A DNA stretch of 64,000 nt from Octopus sinensis. Taxonomy: Eukaryota. The stretch is taken from assembly GCF_006345805.1 (NCBI RefSeq), contig NC_043014.1, positions 22,320,001-22,384,000 of the forward strand, given 5' to 3'. Made by a program: the position numbers and the translations under genes. Position 1 is the stretch's first letter. Every line of letters starts with the position of its first letter. Below are positions 42,519-55,879 of the stretch, one piece after another. The notes beneath the pieces are model-generated. The model worked only from the letters and a program-made list of their open reading frames with translations. It ran no database searches and was not told where the DNA came from.

Positions 42519-43363
42519 CAGGGTGCTGTGAATATATTGTCGTCTAAATTACGCAAATATAAAAATAACACTGACATCTCATTTTAAAATATATTTACCA
42601 AAATTACATAAAAGTATCTTGAAATACTAAAGAGTAAATTAATTTAATAAAATCGTCATTGGCTTCAGCCATGGCCTCCAGACAACTTCGGAATCTCCTG
42701 CAACTCTTCTGGGCTGTCTCCTTATTTAAGTTTGTGAATGCTGCCATAATCCTTGCCTTCAGTTTTGTTGGTTTCTCGCTCAACTGTACCCCACACATAA
42801 TAACCAAGGAGGTTGCAGTCTGGGGAGTTAAGAGGCCAGATGTTAGGGGTGATGTGGTCACAGAAATTGTCTAACAGCTATGAGTGGATTCTCCTGCTTG
42901 TGTGGCAGGGTGCAGAGTTTTGTTGCCAGACATAGGGTCTTCCAGCAGCCACCCTCTTGACTCAGGGCAGCACTACTCCTCAAGGCACTTGATGTAGGCC
43001 TGTGTTGAGTGTGAAGCTGTCTGGGAAGATGAATGGAGGCATAACGTTGCTATCACTAGTGGACAATCCAAACATCATGCTGTTGACTGGATGTTTGATT
43101 TTTATCACTCTCAGTACATGCACTGTTCTCAGATTGACACCCAAACACTCTGAAATGTTCATATTGGAGCTTCCGGCACAAATGCAGCAGTACAGCATGT
43201 CATTTCCAAATTTCTGGCAGAGCGAATTGCATCATGGTGCTGTTTTTCTCACAGACGGTACCCAACTGACCCAGTACACTGTGTAGTCAACAAAATCAAA
43301 AAAACAATGCACATGCATGAAATTAAAAATATAATATGGCAATAACTTACCCATCACATCCTG
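42519..43363 (-). mobile_element. Internally deleted, decayed maT-like (DD37D) transposon
   Basis: TA-flanked cagg...cctg ends with degenerate TIRs; minus frame RPYVWQQNSAPCHTSRR...IWPLNSPDCNLLGYYVW, 37 residues between the D2 and D3 positions (both mutated). Confidence 0.7.
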
Positions 43364-44081
43364 TATATATCAGATAGTGAAGTGTGAGTGATATGAGAGA
43401 AATTTAGCTGCTATTTCTTGTAGGTGCATAGAGACTTTGTCATTGATTTGATTGTATGCCATCAGTATTTATATATCAAAAAATGCTAGCACATGAGTTA
43501 TTGTACTCCTGAACAAAGTACATAACCCTACTTGCTTGTGTTTACTTAATTGACTACCTTCTTCACAATTGAGTGATTAACAGTAGGAAGGACTTTTAAT
43601 TGCAAAAGTATAACCCTACAATAAAAAAAAATCATCCTTTTATCTTTGTAATTCTAGTATACAGCACTTGGGGTACTATGTGCAACATTAAAAACATATT
43701 TTATTGATTACATTGGCCAAATATAATATTCCTATACCCTGACTATATACTTTCATAACTAAATAGGTTCATGCATGCACAAGTGTTTGTGTGTGTGTGT
43801 GCGCGCACACGCGCGTGCGTGTCAAATTCTCTCACATGGTATTGGTTCCCTCTCAGAACTATAGTAGAAGGTGCAAGGTACCACACACACACCAAGTGAG
43901 AGGCAGTTTATTGTTTTGCTTAAATATTCTTTATTAGATGGATTTTCATAAGTGTTTTTGTGTATACTTAATGTATTTTATTGGTTTTTTTCCTTACATG
44001 TTTTGTTAAGTATGGCATTGTGTAAAGCAATAATATCTGATGTGGTGGTTGTTGTGGTAATGTAATACAAACAGTCTTTAA

Positions 44082-44351
<270 letters not shown>

Positions 44352-44389
44352 TAACCATTAAAATATCAAGTCACCATCATCATCATTTA

Positions 44390-44680
44390 GCATCTATTTT
44401 TCATGTTGGCATGGGTTAGAAAGTTTGACTCAAACTGGTAAGCCACAGAGCTGTACCAGGCTCCAGTCTGATTTGGCTTGGTTTCTACAGCTGGATGCCC
44501 TTCCTATTACCAACCACTCCAAGAGTGTAGTGGGTGCCTTTTACATATCAACGGCACAGGTGCCTTTACATGTCATCAGCACTGGCCACAACTGATTTCA
44601 CTTGGCTTGACTTGTCTTTTCAAGCACAGCAAATTGCCAAAGGTTTTGATCACTTGTAATCACCTCCATGCAACCCAACA
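44390..44680 (-). mobile_element. (GAT)n-tailed repeat copy
   Basis: Similarity to 2655-3115. Confidence 0.6.
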
Positions 44681-46829
44681 TTTGAAGATCATGCTTCATC
44701 ACCTCATCCCATGTCTTCCTGGGTTCATCTCTTCCACAGTTTCACTCCACATATAGATAGAAAAGGCACCTTCCCATTCTCTTCTTGCAGAAAGGAATGA
44801 ACTTGTACCTGTGTTTTGTATGTGTACAGTGTGTATGATTAACATGTGATGATAGTTTTGTATAGATGGCAAGTTAGTAGGTTCATCATTGTATAGAGTA
44901 GGATAGAGTGCTTTGCAGTATTTGTTCTGACTCCTACCAAGGCTACCTTTGCCTTTCATCCTTGCAGTATCAATAAATAAAGCACAAATCAAGTTCTGAA
45001 GTCAATTCTTTTCTCACTTTCTCTGTCTGTTTGTCTGTCTGTCTCTCTCGTGCTGTGAGAAGAGCCATGGGATACCACTCACAGTTTCCCTCTTCACATA
45101 GAAAAATTACAATGCTATTGTAGTGATTTCCACTCGGAGATAAATCTGCTCCTCTGAGATAAATTTTATGATTTTGTTTTAATATTTTTTTTAAATGAGT
45201 CAATACTTCTGAATGAACTTAACAGCTTTACTAGTGTCAGAATGGTAAATGTGGCAGGGGGTTTTGTTGAAACCATCATATTTTTTGAATTAGGTTAGTA
45301 AATAGTGTGATGGTTGTAGACAGTGGTGTGAACCTGTGCTGTGCTTTGGAAATGGGTGTGTGGTTTATCATGTCAAGGATTAACTTTCCTGGAATTTTTG
45401 ATAATGTGGATAGGGTGGGGGCCAATGAGTCTGTAAAATATTGCTTCATATGAATTTATATTGGGCTTCAGTGATGTTATTATTTTGTCCAACTTCCAGA
45501 GTCAAGAAATTTGACTGTGTTGTAGATTTTAGTGAGTGCAGTGATTCCTCTGGTCCATAGATGTTCATAATCTTCATCAACATCCTTTAATGTCAATTTT
45601 TTATGTTGGCATAGGTTGGATGGCTTGACCAGAGCTGGCAAGCTGAAAAGTTGCACCAGGTTCCAGTTTGATTTGACTTGATTTCTATGATTGAATATCC
45701 TTCGTAATGCCAATCGCTTTACAGTGTGTGCTGGGTGCTTTTAAACCTGGCACTGGTGCAAGCACTTTTTTGTGGCACCTGCATGAGTGCTTTTTACGTG
45801 ACACCAGCACTCTAGCAGGCCAACCCTCTTTACCAGGGAGTGTAGCCTTAACACTTATGCTGTGGAGGACGGGTCTTCTTGGGTACAGCAAGGCACCAAG
45901 TTTCATTTGGCTCTGAGATGTTTGAATTTTTAGATATTCTTGTTGCTTTTTGAGTGTCTGTTGGAAGGAAGGAGTCAAACTCCTAATCTAGCTGTGAAGT
46001 GCATATTTAATGTATTTGGTTCCTATCTTCTTTGTGTAGTTTTTATCTGACTGACTTTCAAGAAATGTCTAAGCATGTTTGTTTACTGATGCAGAGTAAG
46101 TATATTGAGATTGTTTCTCTGACATGAGGTGCAGTGTGACTGTTGATGATAATGTAGCTAATTACACACTATAGTGTTTTACTATTAGTTTTGTGGTCTA
46201 GATTGGTTTAGGTAGGATACAAACGTTTTTCTATTTACAATTTTCCGTTTAGTTGTTTGATGCTAATTATTGTGTTAATTGTATGAGGTATTGTATTTGA
46301 AATTGTCTCAGGTTTTATGATTATGGTTATTTCTGGTGTGTAATTGAGAAAATATATTTGATGTTGTTTTGTGAGATATCTCTTTCCAGATGCATCTATA
46401 ATTATTTTGTTGAATGTATGTACTGCATTGTCTATGTTGCTGACTGGAGTTGTCTTAATTCTATATATATTAAAAAAGGAAGAAAGAAAACTTTGAATCT
46501 GTTTCTTGATGAAATAAGTTCCGAGTTTGTGAAAGCATTTTTGCTTTTTTCATTAATGTGTTGTAATAATAATTGATTGGTAGTCCAAAAAATGTTGGGG
46601 AAATATTTGTAATAACTAAGGTATGTGGAGAAGATTTTGATGTCTGGGAGTTCTGTTGTGGTATTTAGTTATCTCTTGTTTACAATTTGAAAACCATAAG
46701 TTGTTGAATGTATTGCAATTTTAACTCAATGGTGTTGTTTATTAGTGTTAAAAAGTTGGAATAGATTAGGTGATGGGGCTGTTGGTGAGGTCATTACTAG
46801 TATATATGTATGTTTATTATATCAATGCA

Positions 46830-47061
46830 AGGCGGCGAGCTAGCAGAAATGTTAGCATGCCGGGTGAAATGCGTAGCCGTATTTAGTCTGCCGTTGCGTT
46901 CTGGGTTCAAATTCCGCCGAGGTCGACTTTGCCTTTCATCCTTTCGGGGTCGATAAATTAAGTACCAGTTACGCACTGGGGTCGATGTAATCGACTTAAT
47001 CCGTTTGTCTGTCCTTGTTTGTCCCCTCTATGTTTAGCCCCTTGTGGGTAGTAAAGAAATA
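46830..47061 (+). mobile_element. tRNA-derived SINE, family C, young, with 15-bp TSD
   Basis: TSD tattatatcaatgca at 46815-46829 and 47062-47076; GGTTCAAATTCC B-box; degenerate relatives at 6.9, 7.1, 29.3, 36.1, 50.7, 52.1 and 57.9 kb. Confidence 0.9.
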
Positions 47062-47935
47062 TATTATATCAATGCATTTTGTGTTGTTAGGTTTTACTTG
47101 AAAGCCTGTCTTTCATATTAGTTTATGAGTGTTATCTATACTCTGGAAACAAATTCTATATATGTTATAAGGCCACTTCCATAGTCAGAGGTCTTGGCTA
47201 GTCTGATTTAAGTATAATTTGAAATTCTGATTGTCCTCTGTACTGGTGTTAAGAATGTTTCCTAACTTATTGCGCTATGAATATCATGAGTACTAATAAA
47301 ATTCTATCATTCCCTAAGTCTGTTCTTATGCCAAGAATGTTGCATTACTGCATTTTTACATCTTTTAAAAAAATTTTTGTCTTGTTTTTATGTGTGAAGC
47401 ATTTATTTTTAAATGTATTTTGTGTGGACATTTGATGTTAGGAAGGGAGACAATAAAGCTACTCCCTTTTTAACCATTGCTGTTACTGTCAGCATTATTG
47501 CAAATCATCAAGTAAAGTGTGTATTTTTCTGATTTGTTTGTAAATGTTGTTATTGTTTGGTAGAATTTGTGTATGTTGTAGATTTTGTAAAATGGCCCTG
47601 CTTCATGTGTATTCACAGCCACTCCTGTTCCCTGAGAAATGTTTCTGTGCTATAGACACATTGTTTAACCAGCCTTCCTTTGTTCCTACCACATTAGTTT
47701 ATCCTATATAGTTAGCCATTTTGAAGATGGTATAGTAGTTTTTGAGGATAATTTGGTTGTAATTTCTTGCTTGTTAACTGACCATGTAGAGGTTTCCCAA
47801 TATGAGACTGCAGCACAGATTTTTCTTTCCATTTATATTTATTGTATTGGTCTCAAGAAAGTGCTGTACTCATGGCCATTGCAGGTCCTCTAAGACCTGT
47901 AGGGTTGATGGGAGGGGGAAAACAACTGTTTTTGA

Positions 47936-48154
<219 letters not shown>

Positions 48155-48276
48155 TAACCTGTTGCTATATGATGGTGGTAGTACTTGCATGATATTGTAA
48201 GTTCAACCTTGATCAAGTCGACCTATAATCAAAGATTTTCTACCAGTGACTGTTCTGCCTTCTGTGAAAATATGTA

Positions 48277-49483
48277 TTGGGTTGTCCAGAAAGTCCGTGC
48301 CAATTTATAGTAGCTTACCTTTCGACTTATTTTAGAACATGGTTGAGTCCATAAAATAGGATTTGACTGCACCGCCATTTAGAGCACAGTTTAAGCTGTC
48401 TTTTCATGGAAGTTCATTTTCGGCACTTAATGTTTTTATTTTTCTGTAAAGGGAAAAATGCCTCACAAGCAACCAAAGAAATATGCGCAGTTTATGGTGA
48501 TATTTCTTTATCCGAAAGAACTGTACGGAAGTGGTTCGCAAGGTTCCGAGCTGGAGATTGTAATCTTATTGATAAAGAGCGATCGGGCAGACCATCTACT
48601 ACAGATGATGACCAAATCAAGTCATTAATTGAGAATAACCCACATTGCACAACCTGAGAATTAGCAGAATGCTTCAACCTGTCAAAATTCGTCATTCATG
48701 AGCACCTGGTAAAGCTTGGGTACACAAATCGCTACAATGTTTGGGTACCACACGAGTTGAGTGAGAAGAACCTTTTGGATCACATTTCCATCTGTGATTC
48801 GCTTTATAAACGGAATGAAAACGCACCTTTTTTAAAGCAAATTGTGACAGGTGATGAGAAATGGATTATCTATCAAAATGTTCAGAGAAAGCAGTCCTGG
48901 AGTAAGCGACATGAGCCACCCTTAGCCACCCCAAAAGCGGGTCTTCATCCTTAAAAAGTCTTGCTTTGTGTCTGGTGGGATTGGAAAGGAATTCTGTACA
49001 AGTAACCAGACAATTAATTCTGAGAAATACTGCACACAACTGGGCAAGTTAAAAGCAGCAATTCAAGGGAAATGTCCAGAATTGGCCTACAGGAATGGTG
49101 TTGTTTTCCAACATGATAATGCAAGACCGTACGTTTCTTTGGGAACCAGACAAAAATTGCTGCAGCTCAGCTGGGATGTGTTACCCCACCCTCCATATTC
49201 ACGAGATATTGCTCCTTCGGATTTCCACTTATTCAGGTCTCTGCAGAATAGTCTTAATGGTAAAAATTTCAATTCCTTGGATGACGTAAAAAGATACCTT
49301 GATGAATTCTTTGCCATGAAACCACCTAAATTCTGGGAAGAGGGTAATTTCAAGTTAAAGGAAAGATGGAGATGCATTGTGCAACAAAATGGTTCATATT
49401 TGGTTGATTAAAAATGTAATGGCAAGTATTTATTGACCTTTTTCTTTCTTTAAAAATTGGCATGAACTTTCCGGACAACCCAA
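48277..49483 (+). mobile_element. Mariner (DD34D) transposon, near full-length, inactivated
   Basis: 30-bp TIRs (3 mismatches) with TA duplications at 48275 and 49484; WVPHEL, TGDEKW, HDNARP and YSRDIAPSD motifs; 34-residue D-D spacing; two stops and a frameshifting deletion. Confidence 0.95.
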
Positions 49484-49709
49484 TATTTTAGATAGTAAGG
49501 TAGGATTTGAGGATGATATGTGACCTATGTGTGTTAGTGGTATAGGTCTGTAAGGTGGTGCTGGGAGGTGTAGGGAGTTTAGTGGTTATGCAGTTAAGAA
49601 ATTTGCCTCACAACCTTTTCTATCATATCCTTGAGTTAACTAATACCTTCTAAGTAGAATTTAGTTGATAGAAATTGTACTGAAGCTTGTTGTGTATGTT
49701 TGTTTAAAC

Positions 49710-50020
49710 TAAACTGGCACTCTGTTGGTTATGACAACAAGGAGTTCCAGTTGATCCAATTAACAGAATAGCCTGTTAGTGGAATTAATGTGCAAGTGGC
49801 TGAACATTTCACAGACAAAGTATCCTTAACGTATTTCTCAGGGAGATTCAGCGTGTGACTAGGCTGGTCCTTTGAAATACAGCTACTACTCATTTTTGCT
49901 AGCAATGTGAAATAAAGTGTCTTGCTCAAGGATACAATGCTCCACCAGGAATTGAACTCACAACCTTACAATTATGAGCCAAATACCCTCACCACTAACA
50001 CACATGCCTTTACTTTGTGT
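49710..50020 (-). mobile_element. SINE, family B-like head
   Basis: Reverse complement of a tRNA-like head (gtgtcttgctcaagg...ggaattgaactc) similar to 1811ff. Confidence 0.6.
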
Positions 50021-50955
50021 GTGTGTGTGTGAGAAAACCAATAAATCATTACTTGGAAGCCAAATCAAATGAAAATCTTTTATTGTATTTGTTCTACCTG
50101 AGTTACTCTGACAATCCCTTGTTACTCTCGCCATCATAAATGTAGTGAATCTGTGACTGGGCCGTTCAAAACCTTTAATCAACAATGATATTGTTCACAA
50201 AATGCAACATAAAATAAAATATGGTAATCAAAACTTTTGTTGTGTATTTAGACAAGCCTACCTAATACCACATTGACTCCATTTCTTGTATGGCTTTGTT
50301 TTTTGGGAATTTGAGGTGGACAGACAATCTGTTGAAATATTGTATAACTCATTCAATTCAATAAGCAGTCTATCTCTGTTAAAAATCACATCATATTGTT
50401 TATGTGAAGAGTTGTGTCAATTTTCATAACTTTTTTTCTTTTTCAAATCCTCTCCTTCAAACACTCATTTGTCAAAATTGATGGGAGTGACCATCAATAA
50501 TAATAGTAATAATAATAATAATATTCTTACTACTATTGATGTCAAAGAGCAGTGGATTGACAAATTCATTCAAGTATCAAAAAAAAAATACCTTACAGTA
50601 TTTGTTCCTGTTCTTTACATTTTAAGTTCAACTCCTGCTAATGTCAATTCTCACATTCATCCCTCTGGGTTCACTACAAAGAACCAGTCAAGTACTGATA
50701 TTCATGAAACTCTGGTTTCAAAATTGCTAGCTTAAGGTGAATCATTAGAGGATCAGATAGCAATGTTTTGCAGTATTTGTTCTAGCTCTTTATATTCAAA
50801 TACTACTGAGGTCAACTTTGCCTTTCACCCTTCCTCAGGTCGATAGAATAAAGTTCCAGTCAAACACTGGGGTTGATAGTATCAACTAACCCCACCTCTG
50901 TTCAAAATTTTTAGCCTCATGCCTAAATTAGGAACCATTATTATTATTATTATTA

Positions 50956-52002
50956 TTACCTCTGCCTTAGCAAAGGCAGATGTATTGTTTTCAGTTGTGT
51001 TTGTTTCTCCGTGGACAAGATGTCTGAAGAACTGCAGGATGGATTTAGATGAAACTCTCAGGGATGTTTGGCCTCATGGCTGGCACAAACTGATTAGATT
51101 TTGGGATTGATCTCGTACTGGACAAGGATTCTGGATTATTTGTTGTATTTACTTTACTTCACATGAAGTATTATGATCTTATGTTGACTTTCAAGTCGTT
51201 CTCTGATTATTTCCCTTGAAAGCATGCTCATGGTTTCCACGTAAGTTATGGCAGTGTTGCTGTTTCCAAAGTTTTATTTTCATTTCTCTATTATTAATTT
51301 TACTCGCATCTCTCTCTTAGTAGAAACTGATGGATAAAGGAATCAGACTACATAAACAAACATCAGCATAACCTTTCAGAAATTAAATAACACTAACATA
51401 GTAACAATAATGAATTTAATTTATTCTCGACAATTTTTAGTTTTACCAATTTTAAATATATCACTCCTGTTTAAAACCTCTTACCTACTTGACATTTGCA
51501 TTTCTAGCTCTGCCTTGAAGGAAGCTTTACTTCTTGGACTCACATTTTTGCATGCAATGATGCTGTTAAACCACCATTAACAGCACCGTATGCAGGTCCT
51601 TTCTGTTTTCTTCCACACACATAAATTTTTCACTTTAGAACTTAATGTTTGTAAAGACACTATATCAGTGGATAGACTAAAAAAGGCCTTCATAGAGAAA
51701 ACTGTCCCTGTTCCCACTGCAGACAACACACATACAGCATTACAAACACAGCCTGCACACCCATCTTCACATTCCATGGCTACCATTGGGATCGATCAGG
51801 TACTGGACAAGGATTCTGGATTATTTTTCCATTTTTTTAATTTAATTTTTGAGAGTGTATGGGTTCACTTTTAGTATTCTTGTTTGTGAGAGCAGTCGAG
51901 TTTATTTCAGATATTCTCATTTTAAAAATCATCTCCAGCTAACCGTTGAGAAGACATTGGTGTTGCCTTGGTGGAGGTTTGCGCTCTCTGAGTGCTCTTG
52001 TT
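50956..52002 (+). mobile_element. Helentron/HINE-like non-autonomous element with an internal insertion
   Basis: 5' acctctgcc (50958) and 3' ggtggaggt (51970) subterminal inverted repeats; 5' hairpin tctgcctt/aaggcaga; 3' stem gcgctc..gagtgc; sits in (ATT)n. Confidence 0.55.
51535..51720 (+). mobile_element. Gypsy integrase C-terminal (GPY/F) fragment
   Basis: WTHIFACNDAVKPPLTAPYAGPF, a frameshift, then DTISVDRLKKAFIE. Confidence 0.7.
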
Positions 52003-52239
52003 ATTATTATTATATATAATACCAAAGTAGTGAGCTAATAGAATTGTTAGTACACCATATGAAATACTATCAGCATGTCTTTTACATTTTGAGTTCAAAT
52101 TCTGCTGAAGATGACTTTGCCTTAAATCCTTTCAGGGTTGATAAATTAAGTACCAATAAAACACTGGGGTTGATGCAATCAACTAGTCCCCTCCCCCAAA
52201 ATTTCAGGCTTTGTGCTTATAGTAGAAAGGAATATTATT

Positions 52240-54283
52240 GTTATTCTAGACGTCTCACAATATACAATATCGTGAGGTTGTTGATTGAAGATATTGTATC
52301 TACTGGGGGTTTGTACTGTTTGTCAAGTCACAACAAGGACCTAAGACAGACAGTACTTTACGCAATATGCATGCAGTTCCAAGTAATGCCAACTTTTGCA
52401 ATACATCTAGATTGTAAGTATCTCTAAGGTTTTCAGATGTTTTTTTTTTCAAATTAGGTGGTATTGAACCCAATGCACCGATGACAATAGTGATAACTTT
52501 TATGTTTGACTCTCATAGCTGCCACATCTTAGCGATCTCAATTCTCAGGTCTCCATATTTATCTTTTTCTCTTTCTTTCATGATAATATGTTGATCTCCC
52601 GGTACTGTTACGTCGATTATTAGGTACTCTTGTTTGTCCCTCTTAAAGGTTACTATATCCGACCTCCGGTGCTCTAACACTTTGTCTGTCTGGAAATCAG
52701 AAAATTTTTACCCTTCTTTTTTCTTTCATTACCTTTTCCGGTGTATGTTGGTACCAAGCACCCGTAACCTCATATCCATACTTATAGCATAGTAACCAGT
52801 GGAGGTTTTGGGCTACTTTGTCATGTCTGTGCTTGTACTCTTTTTATGCACGACTTTCACAAGCACTAACAATGTGAGTCACACTTTCGACCCTCTTCCC
52901 ACACATTCTGCAGAGGTCCTGTGCACTTGTGTGGTATATATTTTTTCTCACTGAGTTGGTATTCAATGCCTGGTGCTGGGCTGTGATGATTAGGTTTTCA
53001 GTATTCTTTTTTAGGTCACCATTCTGGAGCCACCTCCATGATGCTCCCTGGTCTTTTAATTTTCTGGTTTCATGGTAGAACTAACCATGTAATTCCATAC
53101 GGAGTAAGGTTTCTTCTTTCTCATTGGCTGTTCTTGTTCGGAATTCATGAGCACTCTCAAGTCCATTTTTGTTAACTCCTTCTGCACCAGCAGCATACTG
53201 TAGCAGGTCTTTGCTGTTTACCAAATATTCTGCCATGTTTCTTCTTTCACTGTTAATGCACTCCCGAATGCTAATCAACCTACATCCACCATCATCTCTC
53301 TTCATGTAGAGCCTGTGTACATTTGCCTTAGAGTGGAGGGCATCATGCATTGTCATTGTCTTTTGGGTAGTGCAATCGAGTTGGTCAATCTCCACTTGTG
53401 TCCATCTCAGGATGGGTGCACTATAGCAGACTACAGCAACAGCCCATATGTTAATGGTAGTCACAAGGTTCCTTGAGTTGAGTTTGATTTCAAGAGAAGT
53501 TTGAGGCGCTTGAAACATGCAGTGATGACCTTGTCATTCATTCCTTTATGCAAAATATTGTCCAGCTCCTGGATCCCAAGGTACTTGTACACATCATCAT
53601 CATCTGGGTCTTCCATTCTCTCTCTGTTTGGCAATTCTGTGCCCCTACAATTTACTCTTTTCCCCCGCTTCAAAGTAAGCACCGCACACTTTGAGATACC
53701 GAATTCCATCCCTATATCTTTGCTGCACATTTTCACAGTCTCAACCAGCCTCTCCATTTCAGGCTCTGTTTTTACGAACAGTTTTAAATCATCCATGAAG
53801 AGAAGGTAGTTGAGACAAGGTCCGTTCTTTCTCAGCTCATTGTGCACGTTGATTTTACATAGGCCTACAGAAAGTGAGGTCAAGGCTATAACGAATAACA
53901 GAGAAGAACAAGATTCTCCTTGGAAGATACCTCTTTTGTTGGTTACCTTGCCTAAGTGCTGGTTGTTACAGGAAAGACACATTTTCCAACTAGGCATGCT
54001 GTTCTTAATCAATGCACATATGTTCTCAGCTATTCCACACATGTCGAGTGTTTCCAAAATCCATGAATGTGGCAACATATCGTAAGCCTTTTTGAAGTCT
54101 ATCCATGCCATACATGTTTTTTTGGTACCGTTTACAGTTCTTCATTATAACCTCGTCTATCACAAGGTAGTCCTTGGTGCCCTTGGATCCTTTTCAGCAT
54201 CCCTTTTGTTCTACTGGCAGAAGATTGTTTTCTGCAAGGAACATATATATTTTCCCTATGAGGGTACCTGTTATTATTATTAA
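52240..54283 (-). mobile_element. R4/Dong-clade LINE (RT plus restriction-like endonuclease), 5'-truncated, decayed
   Basis: WIDFKKAYD, RGIFQG, LLFMDDLKLF and YKYLG RT motifs; downstream CRMC...HIVSAC and RHDKVA. Confidence 0.9.
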
Positions 54284-54445
54284 GATGGTGAGCTGGCAGA
54301 ATTGTTAACATGCCAGACAAAACGCTTAGATTGTTATTGTTGTATAATAAATATATATGTTATACGAATATTGAAGTGTAAAACCCTAAATTTTATTGGG
54401 TAGAAAGGTGAAGATGACTATTTGTTGAATTCTGTTATCATTTAG

Positions 54446-54811
<366 letters not shown>

Positions 54812-55099
54812 TGAGCAACAGGCTTCTAGAACAATATAGCTTGTCACCTTAGTTTTCCATTTCTCCTTAGTTATTGTTAAATCACACTACCTGGGTAACA
54901 AGGGTAGCAATTGTTTCGATGCCTTGTGTTTTGGTTGAATGACTTTGTCCTAAATATGGGTGCCATTTCACACCAACTGGAACTTGATATTAGCAATGGT
55001 CCTTTCATTTTTCTGTTTATGCTTTATGTATATACAGATGTGTGTGTGTGTGTGTACAGGGGTGACAAAGGAATAACAGACTATCTTATGAAGTTCATT

Positions 55100-55171
55100 A
55101 GCTTACAGTTGTCTCCACTATAAGATGCATAGTTGAGTGCCTGAGTAACACCTTACAGTTTCATCAGAGCC
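55100..55171 (-). ncRNA. Decayed type I hammerhead in a short Penelope-like remnant
   Basis: Minus strand reads GGCU-CUGAUGA-A-ACUGUAAG...CUUAUAGU-G-GAGA-CAACUG-UA|AGCU; GAAA is mutated to GAGA. Confidence 0.5.
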
Positions 55172-55879
55172 TCAAACATGAAGCGTTTAGGACATGTATA
55201 TTAAGTTCTACACCAGGCTATTAGTATTACGGTGCCTAAGTGAAATATTAAAACACACACACACAAACACATTTATATATATAAGTACAAGGTGAGTAAA
55301 AGGGAATGGGGACAGAAGAACCAGGTAGAGGCTACAAAAGTGCATGCAAAAGTGAGTGAGGAGCTGAATATAATGAATGAAAAAGAAGTGTTGAGGGATA
55401 ATAAATGAGAGAGGTAGGGAAAAGTAGCTGATAACTGTGGAGAGTGGATAGAGTTGAGGGGTAAATATAGTGAATGGTGGATAAGGGAAGGGTGTGACTA
55501 GTGATGATGAGGTGAAGTGTAGCAGAATAGTAATGGTGATAAAAATGTGAGAGGAAAAGAGTTAACAAGTGGTTGAGTAGGTTACAAGAGTGTGGTGGGA
55601 GGGAGAGGCATGCATAGTACATAAAGAAAGTAAGAGATGTATGGTGATGGAGGAGGTGAATTGATTCAGGGGTTAGAGGAGAGAATCAGTGTAAAATGTG
55701 GGTGGAGAGGACAGTTTAAGGATGTGGACTCGATATCAAGTGAAATGGTTCCATGTAGTGAGGAATAGTGGTATCAAAGAAAAACTGTAGTTAAGGAAAT
55801 GAAGGGTAGCTGCTCCTTTACTACATATCAAGCAAGGCCATTTTCCTGAAGATACCAGGCTCCTGTCTTTGCTCAGTTT

